A stretch of 32,000 nt of DNA from Candidatus Kuenenia stuttgartensis. Lineage in GTDB: Bacteria; Planctomycetota; Brocadiia; Brocadiales; Brocadiaceae. Both the position numbers and the translations under genes were made by a program. Under the pieces are notes generated by a model. The model was not told the DNA's origin and searched no databases. It saw only the letters and a program-made list of their open reading frames with translations. The stretch is from NCBI RefSeq assembly GCF_900232105.1, contig NZ_LT934425.1, positions 720,001 through 752,000 on the forward strand, written 5' to 3'. Below, piece after piece: positions 25,525 to 32,000 of the stretch; the stretch's first letter is position 1, and each line of letters opens with the position of its first letter.

Positions 25525-27085
25525 TTAAGAGACCTCCTTTTTCGAGTAAGCGATTTGTAATTCACGAATGATATAGGGTAAGGTTTTCACGGAGGCATTT
25601 TGGAATGCCTCCGTGAGCAATGATTCGTTGAGAGCGGGGATACGGTTGTAGCATTTTTTAAGCGATTCGAGTTCATGAGAGCTGAAGGCGGAGAGAGAGC
25701 CTTTGTGTCCCATGAGGAGTGCGAGTTTCTGGACGAATGCCATGAATGGCCAGGGTCGTTCGGAGATGATTTGGTGGTAATCAATGCCTTTGGCCTGAGC
25801 CTGGAGAATGGATTTGTGTTTCTGAGTGATAAGGTCGAGGTAATTATGTTTTGGTTTTGAAGGTGAGGCGGCTGGAGTTTCAGCGCCCTGGTCGCGCAGG
25901 TAGAGATTTCCCGAGCCGAGGTATTCACCGTTTGCGGAATAGATCAAGACCTTTTTGAGATCGCCGTATGGGTCGTAACGGACTTCTACTTTATCGCCTC
26001 TGAGTTTGGGGTCAACACGGTAAAAGCGGTTATCAATGCGGACATCGGCAAAGGTTCTGTCAACGGTTCTGGGGATGCGTTTCATGAAGAAGGCAAGAGC
26101 GGCGTCCATATCGACGTGTCGGATGACGGTAAGCCCCTCGTCGTAGCGTTGTTTTGGAGATTGATTGGTTTCGGAGTGGATTCTTGCGTGATAGACAACG
26201 GCAAGGTAAGCGGAGAAGGCCTGGTTAATGGCATCAAGGGTGATAATGTCGCCGGAGCGGACTTCCGACTCGAACTATGTCTGGCTGGTGCCGAAGAAAC
26301 GTTCGACCAGTCCGCCGGGAGCAGGGTCGCGTGGTGGTCTGTGGATGAGTTTAATGCCGAGGTTGTAACAGGCAGAGCGCAGGGCGTCAGAGTGGTAGAC
26401 CTTGGCATTGTCGAGGTAGAGTTCTTTGGGCGAGCCGTGGATAGTCCAGGCCCTGATGAGAGAATCGATAAGGATATCGAGGGTTTGTTTGAGATAATAC
26501 CGTCCTTCGACCACATAACGGCTGTAGCAGTCGATAAAGAGACAGAGGTTTGTGGGAAGCGCCTCGCCGTCAACGAGCACGAAAGGGCCTTCCTGGAAGT
26601 CGCCAATCCAGAGGTCGTGGGTATGCTCACGGCTAAGAGCGTATACGCACCTTTTGCTGTGAGACGCCGAGTTTGAGCCGGGTCGCCCCTGCGAGTCTGA
26701 GATGGCGGTAGAGGGTGGATTTGGGGATCGTTTTCCCATAGTATTTCTCAAGAAAGCGGTTGAGGCAATCGTCGCTGCGGCGTGGTTGTTCTTTTTTGAG
26801 TTCAACGGCTTTGTCGATAATTTCAGGAGAAAACCTTCTGGATGCGCCACGGTCGCTCCTCGCCTTTCTTGCAAGAGATTGAAATCCATCTTTGCGGTAG
26901 CGGTTGAGTTTTCTCCTGAGGGTAGAGATAGTGGGTCTTTTCCGCTTTCCGTTGGGGAATACGACCTCCTGAAGGCAGAGTTTTTTCAGAAAAAGGTTGG
27001 TCTGCTCCTTCTCAATCTCACCGAAGATGACAGGATGCAGAAGATTGCACCAGAATAAAGCCCATTTTTCGTCTTTCGATTTCAT
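25525..27085 (-). pseudogene. TnsB/TniA/MuA-like DDE transposase (about 519 codons) disrupted by one frameshift and one in-frame TAG
   Basis: N-terminal HTH part in frame A (27085-26636). The catalytic core HTHDLWIGDF...FIDCYSRYVVG...LYLDNAKVYHS...GGLVERFFGT is in the +1 frame. TAG at 26275-26277 lies in the same frame as the downstream ORF, which carries the Mu-transposase C-domain-like RIDNRFYRVDPKLRGDKVEVRYDPYGDLKKVLIY. Confidence 0.8.
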
Positions 27086-27123
27086 AATTCACCTCCTTTT
27101 TTAAGTGTGGAGGTGATTGTAAC

Positions 27124-27762
27124 TCAAGACCAGCCGCTTTTTGTTGCCAGTTCGGGGAAAAATGAATGCCCAAAAATTCGGTGATATTCCGGCTCGGCGC
27201 TGAACAATTGAATCGATTGATCGAGGGAGGTTTTTCGTTGTTTGCTTTTATACTTTCCGTGGTAAATGGGAAACATTTGGCGAAAAACCGGAGAGTTGGG
27301 GTCGGCCTGCCTGATGAGGTCAAAGGCGTTGCGGAGTGTGTATTTCAGTGAGCCAAAGAAACGCAGCCACCTCCAAACGGTTGACCAGGCAAGCATGCGG
27401 TTGTCTATTTCCTGTGTTCGGGTAGTATATCCGATGGCAGAGGAGACACTCCGGTAGGTTTCTGTATCATCTTTGACATAAGCCTGACTGAAGGAGAGAC
27501 AGTGATCCTTTACGTACCGCTTGTAAGGGAGCGCATACTCAGGATAGGAAGTAAACGTCTTCTTGCACAAGGAACATTTCCAACGTCCCAGGAAAGATTC
27601 TATCGTATGAACAAGGGAGTCGATAATAACGTGAAACAACCGATATCTGCATTCATGAAGGGTGAAATTGACATGGGTACTCTTGCACTTTGGACAAAAG
27701 CATGGCTTCTGTTTTGTCGCAATAAGCTTTTCATGCTTGTGGATTTTTTCTATAATATTCAC
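27124..27762 (-). CDS. Double-CxxC zinc-ribbon protein, first gene of the transposon (function unknown)
   Basis: 212 aa. GTG start 6 nt after AAGGAGG. CFCPKC...(34 aa)...RWKCSLCKKTFTSYPEYALPYKRY. From memory it resembles transposon-associated DUF6431-type domains, but this is unverified. Confidence 0.6.
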   Translation of the reverse strand: MNIIEKIHKHEKLIATKQKPCFCPKCKSTHVNFTLHECRYRLFHVIIDSLVHTIESFLGRWKCSLCKKTFTSYPEYALPYKRYVKDHCLSFSQAYVKDDTETYRSVSSAIGYTTRTQEIDNRMLAWSTVWRWLRFFGSLKYTLRNAFDLIRQADPNSPVFRQMFPIYHGKYKSKQRKTSLDQSIQLFSAEPEYHRIFGHSFFPELATKSGWS

Positions 27763-27790
27763 GCACTGCCTCCTTTGTATAGGGGGGAAA

Positions 27791-27843
27791 TGGGCAGGAG
27801 GATGAAGTTTCCCAACGTTCGGTCCTCCTGCCCTGAGTTTTTT
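27791..27843 (+). terminator. Strong hairpin plus T-run in the transposon leader region (plus-strand intrinsic-terminator shape)
   Basis: GGGCAGGAGGA (27791-27801) pairs with TCCTCCTGCCC (27822-27832), followed by TGAG and seven T. The orientation is antisense to the transposon genes. Confidence 0.5.
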
Positions 27844-28168
27844 ATGTTCCGGAAAAATCTTACAAAACTTGTCCTCGTGAAAACGGGGAACTGGGAAGTA
27901 AACCGCCGTTAGGAAGTTTGGAAGTGGTTTTAACCCCTTCCAAACTATTTAATGAGGCTTTACTCCGCCTTACGGACGTAACTTCTTTCTAACGGGGTAA
28001 ACGATGTATTTTTCTTAACGTGAACAAAAAATCAAGTGAAATACTTACGCAGGATAAAAAAAAGGCGGGGTAGCTGGGTAAGATTTTTCAAATCATTTGC
28101 TGGGTATTAGACTCAAATATTCTGAGACTAATTGGGCATTTTTGGAGCATTTATTCTAAGACGTAGCA

Positions 28169-28965
28169 CCTACAATCGTTACATCTTTGCATCCAAACCG
28201 CTCTAATACCTTCTTTACCTGTGATTCAAAGGTCTTCGGATCCTGGGTGTTGCCCCTAAATACTTCTGTTGATACCGGCTCCCCGGATTCATCACAAAGC
28301 ATACCGATCACTATCTGTTTTTTCCTCTTTTTGCCGTCACGATTATACCCGTACTCACCAAAATGATTCGACTTCCCCTCTAAATAACTGCTCGTCACGT
28401 CATACAAAAACAACTTCGGCTTATTGCCTCCTCGTCTTAACTCAAACAGCTTTCGCTCTATCTTTGCCTGATTCTCTGACAACCATGACAAATTATCGTA
28501 CAGATTGTTCTCGTCAAACCCACGCTTCATATCCAGGACGTCACCCGCAGCATGTATCTGCGCCAGCCTTACTGCAGACAGTCTTGACCCCCGGCCTATT
28601 ACCCTTGCCATTACTTGCCAAAGCGCCAGCTTTCCTTCAAAGTCCTTTCCCAATGCCTCTTCTATCCCTAATTCCTTTGCCACTTGGTACACGCTCCACG
28701 CTGCTCCCACAGACAAACCCTCATGGAGTTTCACCGATTCTGACAATGCGCCCAATGCACAGAGATCGTCTTTATGTGCGAGTGCAAGTCTTATCGCTTC
28801 AATCTCCAGGGGAGTGCAATTCGACAGATTCGCAATGGTGCGTTTCTTGACCTTCCCATCCTCACGGTACGATTCCCGCAGAAGGGTAGATCGATAGATT
28901 TTTTTACCGGATTTTGACTTGTTCTCTACAATATGCATGTCCACCATTGTACAGATAACAACCAT
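28169..28965 (-). pseudogene. IS1634-family transposase, N-terminal half (split by the nested transposon)
   Basis: MHIVENKSKSGKKIYRSTLLRESYREDGKVKKRTIANLS...FLYDVTSSYLEG...GYNRDGKKRKKQIVIGMLCDESGEPVSTEVFRGNTQD...FGCKDVTIVG, then runs into the transposon end (ATS*). The likely true start is the ATG at 28938. Confidence 0.85.
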
Positions 28966-29171
28966 TATCAGTCAAGTATATTGTCGGATAATAACAATAT
29001 ATTAGTGACTACATATTTATTAAAAATACAGCCTTAACCAACTATTTATTAAGCACTTATGCGTTTTGGCAGGGGTGAACATCCGTTATAATATTCCTGG
29101 GATCGGCAGCTTTCGCAGACCAAAGCGGTAAACAAAAAACATTACATCAGGAGATAGTTAAAAAAGCGCAA

Positions 29172-31574
29172 ATGCTTACGGTACCCTTTATTCTTAATAA
29201 AGGACAAGTAGATGCAAGGGTAAAATTTTATGCCAACACCTTTGGCGCGACAATTTATGTGACAAGCGAAGGTGAAATAGTTTATTCATTGCCGCATATT
29301 TCAGACAGGCCAGGAACGAAAACGCAAAATATTACCGCGCAAACCGAACCCTGTTCCCAAGACTCCACAGTTGCAACTATGAGAAAGGCAGATAGTAAGA
29401 ACAACCTGGTTATGAAGAATATCGTGCTTACGGAGCATTTGGCCGGTGGAAAGACGGTTAATATAAAGGGAGAAAAAACTTCGGTTACGAAGGTTAACTA
29501 TTATAAGCATAAAGACCCTTCGCAGTGGCAACAAAATATCCCAACATACGAGTGTCTCTGTTTTGGCGAGGTTTTCAACGGAGTAGATTTAGTATTAAAG
29601 GCGTATGGCAACAATGTAGAAAAACTTTTCCACGTAAAACCAAATGCCAGCGCGGAAGGAATAAGAATAAAGATACACGGAGCGAGTTCGTTACATGTTA
29701 ATAAAACAGGACAACTGGAGGCAGAGACGCCGTTAGGAAATGTTACGTTCACCAGGCCGGAAGCATATCAGGAAATAAATGGGAAAAAGATCCTGGTGGC
29801 GGCAAGCTATCATTTGAAAGATGCCGGTATGGTTTATGGTTTTAAAGTGGATGAGTATGATAAAACGAAGGAGCTTGTTATCGACCCCCTTCTTGCTTCT
29901 ACCTATCTTGGCGGTTCAGATAACGATGAAGTGTGTTCTTTGGCAATTGACGGGGATGGGTATGTCTATATCGCCGGTAATACATTGCAGTCTGACTTTC
30001 CGACTACCGGTGGTTCATACAATACCGGCAGCGCAGGAAGTAATGTTTTCATTTCAAAAATAAATCCAACGTTAACTAGTCTTCTTGCTTCGACTTATTT
30101 GGGCGGATCTTCAGAGGATAAAGTACGGTCTTTGCTTTTAGACCCGGAAGGGAATGTTTACGTAACTGGAGAAACGAATTCGTCCGATTTCCCAACAACT
30201 GAAAATGCTTATGCAGGGTCGTTAAACGATTCATATGGAGATGTTTTTGTTTCCCGGCTTGACACCGATTTGACGAATCTTCTGGCTTCTACCTATTTAG
30301 GCGGGACTTTTGGCGATTATAGCCGAGATATAGCAATTGCTGCAGAGGGAAATATTTATGTAACGGGTGATACAAATTCTGCTGATTTTCCTGCTTCAGC
30401 GGGCGCTTATAAAACTTCATTGACCGGCAGCTCCAGAGATGTTTTTGTTTCAAAACTGAATAATGAACTAACCGGTCTTTTGGCCTCAACATTCATGGGA
30501 GGTTCTTCCGGTGATTATAGCAGCGCCCTTGTTATCGATTCCAAAGGAAACGTTTTTATCGCAGGCACTACCGGCTCATCAGATTTCCCTGCTTCTTCAG
30601 GCACGTATGATGCTGTCTTTAATGGTGGAGAACATGATGTTGATGGTTTCGTTTCAAAGTTTGATAAGGATCTGACGAGCCTTCTTGCTGCCACATACAT
30701 TGGGGGATATTTTAATGACTATATAAGCGATATGGCAAGCGATTCTGAAGGCAATATTTATGTAACGGGTGGCACCCTTTCTTCGAATTTTCCAATAACT
30801 ACAAAGGCATATGATACGACATACAATTTTGGCTCCGATGCCTTTGTATCGAAATTGAGCAATGATTTAAAAACACTTATTGCCTCAACCTTTTTGGGCA
30901 GTTCGGGCTATCCTTCAGAAGGGTACGACTATAATTACGGATATGAGCATGCGAATGCCATCGTTATTGTTTCGGACGGAAAAATTTACGTAACCGGCAG
31001 TACGTATTCTTCAGATTTCCCTACCACAATAGGGTCTTATAACGCCTCATTTAATGGTGGAGGTGCAGATGCGTTCATTTCCAGTTTTGACAACAATCTG
31101 GAAGATCTGCTGGATTCCACCTATCTTGGCGGTTCCTCTGGCTATGATTGCGGCAAGGCATTGGCAACAGGGCCGGAGGGAGATATTTATGTTGCCGGAT
31201 TTACGAATGCTTCAAATTTCCCGGTTACCAGTGGGGTTCTTTATGCAAATTATAGCGGTAAGATAGACACCTTTATTTCACAACTGGATAGTGATCTATC
31301 TGCATTTTTGGGGAAAATATCGGGAAGTTTGAGCGATGAGAATAAAAACCCCGTTGAATCTGCTAAGATAGCACTGAAGGGAAAAACTACAAAAATTAAA
31401 AGGAAAACCTTTTCTGATGAAAATGGACTTTTCGAGTTTGGCAATTTAAAGGCGGATACGTATAATATTACAGCTACAAAGAATAGCTACAGGAAATACA
31501 AAACAAAGGTTGATCTGGAAGAGGGAGAAAAGAAGGAAATTAAGGCAGAGATGAAGAAAACAAAGACCCGATGA
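29172..31574 (+). CDS. Seven-repeat SBBP-type beta-propeller protein with C-terminal carboxypeptidase-regulatory-like (Ig-like) domain; native 5' end removed by the IS
   Basis: 800 aa as listed in the track. The frame is open upstream to 29079, and from 29092 it encodes ..FLGSAAFADQSGKQ.. (end of a signal peptide). Seven units of LLASTYLGGS..D....I..D..GN.YVTG.T.S.DFP.T.GAY......DVFVSKL. C-terminal GSLSDENKNPVESAKIALKG...TFSDENGLFEFGNLKADTYNITATK. Confidence 0.8.
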   Translation: MLTVPFILNKGQVDARVKFYANTFGATIYVTSEGEIVYSLPHISDRPGTKTQNITAQTEPCSQDSTVATMRKADSKNNLVMKNIVLTEHLAGGKTVNIKGEKTSVTKVNYYKHKDPSQWQQNIPTYECLCFGEVFNGVDLVLKAYGNNVEKLFHVKPNASAEGIRIKIHGASSLHVNKTGQLEAETPLGNVTFTRPEAYQEINGKKILVAASYHLKDAGMVYGFKVDEYDKTKELVIDPLLASTYLGGSDNDEVCSLAIDGDGYVYIAGNTLQSDFPTTGGSYNTGSAGSNVFISKINPTLTSLLASTYLGGSSEDKVRSLLLDPEGNVYVTGETNSSDFPTTENAYAGSLNDSYGDVFVSRLDTDLTNLLASTYLGGTFGDYSRDIAIAAEGNIYVTGDTNSADFPASAGAYKTSLTGSSRDVFVSKLNNELTGLLASTFMGGSSGDYSSALVIDSKGNVFIAGTTGSSDFPASSGTYDAVFNGGEHDVDGFVSKFDKDLTSLLAATYIGGYFNDYISDMASDSEGNIYVTGGTLSSNFPITTKAYDTTYNFGSDAFVSKLSNDLKTLIASTFLGSSGYPSEGYDYNYGYEHANAIVIVSDGKIYVTGSTYSSDFPTTIGSYNASFNGGGADAFISSFDNNLEDLLDSTYLGGSSGYDCGKALATGPEGDIYVAGFTNASNFPVTSGVLYANYSGKIDTFISQLDSDLSAFLGKISGSLSDENKNPVESAKIALKGKTTKIKRKTFSDENGLFEFGNLKADTYNITATKNSYRKYKTKVDLEEGEKKEIKAEMKKTKTR

Positions 31575-31662
31575 ACAGCAAAAAAGAATCTTTTCGCGGT
31601 GGCTTAATTAATTACGTTAAAGCGGTGTTCCGCGAGGGATTAAAAAAGAGGTGAAACATAAG

Positions 31663-31740
<78 letters not shown>

Positions 31741-31858
31741 TCATATTGAAAATATTCGTTTTTTCAGGTTAATTGTAGTTCACATTATACGTTACATCTG
31801 TATAAATACAAGCAAAAACAGAATAAAAACGTACCCATCATTGCCTACATGCCTTCGC

Positions 31859-31894
31859 TAGCACCTTATCATACTTACTTTACATTTTTTGACA
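31859..31894. repeat. Dispersed ~36-nt motif, copy 3 (TAGCACCTTATCATACTTACTTTACATTTTTTGACA)
   Basis: Aligns with 13270-13306 and 21413-21448. Confidence 0.6.
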
Positions 31895-32000
31895 AAATAT
31901 TTAAATGTATGATGCTTCTAAGATATTATTTTACAAGAAGATAGCGCATGCATTCCGGCGTTTTAAGTAATAATGGTTAATTATTGCCCGCCAAAAAGCA

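Larger units (their letters stand above)
24379..28168 (-). mobile_element. Mu/Tn7/Tn5053-superfamily-like transposon (TnsB/TniA-like transposase plus TniB/ExeA-like ATPase plus two zinc-finger proteins)
   Basis: Termini TGCTA...TAGCA (TG/CA). 18 of the first 25 positions match as an inverted repeat, including AATAAATG. Direct CCTACA on both sides (24373-24378 and 28169-28174). Four co-oriented, tightly packed genes. Visibly more G+C-rich than the flanks. Confidence 0.8.
23431..29091 (-). mobile_element. IS1634-family insertion sequence (about 1.87 kb native) carrying a nested 3.8-kb transposon
   Basis: Perfect 20-bp TIR: TTATAACGGATGTTCACCCC (23431-23450) and GGGGTGAACATCCGTTATAA (29072-29091). 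It contains the two halves of one IS1634-type transposase gene. Confidence 0.85.

Noticed and set aside
26275-26277. In-frame TAG in the TnsB-like gene as programmed read-through or recoding, and the nearby frameshift as programmed frameshifting.
   Set aside because: There is no slippery heptamer or stimulatory structure at the +1 site. Two independent lesions in one gene, next to other decayed IS copies, are more simply explained by pseudogenisation or sequence error.
24468-28106. CTGGG(A/T)A repeats as TnsB-binding sites shared by both transposon ends.
   Set aside because: The left-end occurrence (24470-24476) lies inside the zinc-finger coding region. It is also in the same orientation as the right-end copies rather than inverted, which does not fit end-binding-site geometry.
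28163-28171. The 9-mer GTAGCACCT spanning the transposon right end and its target duplication also occurs in the 36-nt dispersed motif (21412-21420).
   Set aside because: A single 9-nt coincidence is expected by chance in 32 kb on two strands. No extended similarity exists around it.
29889-31300. Periodic ~200-nt repetition that could be mistaken for a CRISPR-like or tandem-repeat array.
   Set aside because: The periodicity is at the protein level (beta-propeller blades) inside one continuous ORF. There are no short identical direct repeats with unique spacers anywhere in the window.

Overview
AT-rich bacterial chromosomal window. The gene content and repeat style suggest a Planctomycetota or anammox-like genome, but that is a guess. 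Conserved housekeeping genes form the backbone: murD (5' part), lexA, a MOSC gene plus mog/moaB, tRNA-Glu and tRNA-Lys, rpsB-tsf-pyrH-frr, glnA, a CBS protein, a metallophosphoesterase, SemiSWEET, a TDT transporter, kdsD-kdsC followed by an LptC/LptA-like gene, a GDPD-HEAT fusion, a cobA/hemD fusion, a seven-repeat beta-propeller surface protein and tRNA-Pro. Mobile DNA from at least four families is layered on top. (1) An intact IS701/IS4-like IS (2067-3535) has a 15-bp TIR and a TTACAT duplication and splits a small ORF downstream of lexA. A 66-bp solo end of the same IS abuts the lexA promoter. (2) Two inverted, decayed ISAs1-like copies (3818-4217 and 8843-9537) bracket the 4.6-kb MOSC to rpsB segment. 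A 10-bp flank is present once at each copy in mutually inverted orientation, which indicates an IS-mediated inversion. (3) An IS1634-like element (23431-29091, 20-bp perfect TIR) is inserted in the signal-peptide codons of the beta-propeller gene. (4) Nested inside that IS's transposase gene is a 3.8-kb Mu/Tn7-superfamily-like transposon (24379-28168). It has TG..CA ends and a CCTAC(A) duplication, and encodes a double-CxxC protein, a TnsB/TniA-like DDE transposase (now carrying a frameshift and an in-frame TAG), an ExeA/TniB-like AAA+ ATPase and a small primase-type zinc-finger protein where TniQ would be expected. This nested element is the most unusual system in the window. Intergenic regions also carry several dispersed repeat families: a MITE-like TIR family, a 318-bp compound palindrome, paired GAGACGCATGC palindromes around cobA/hemD, and a ~36-nt motif present three times. 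No CRISPR array, rRNA or riboswitch could be supported.
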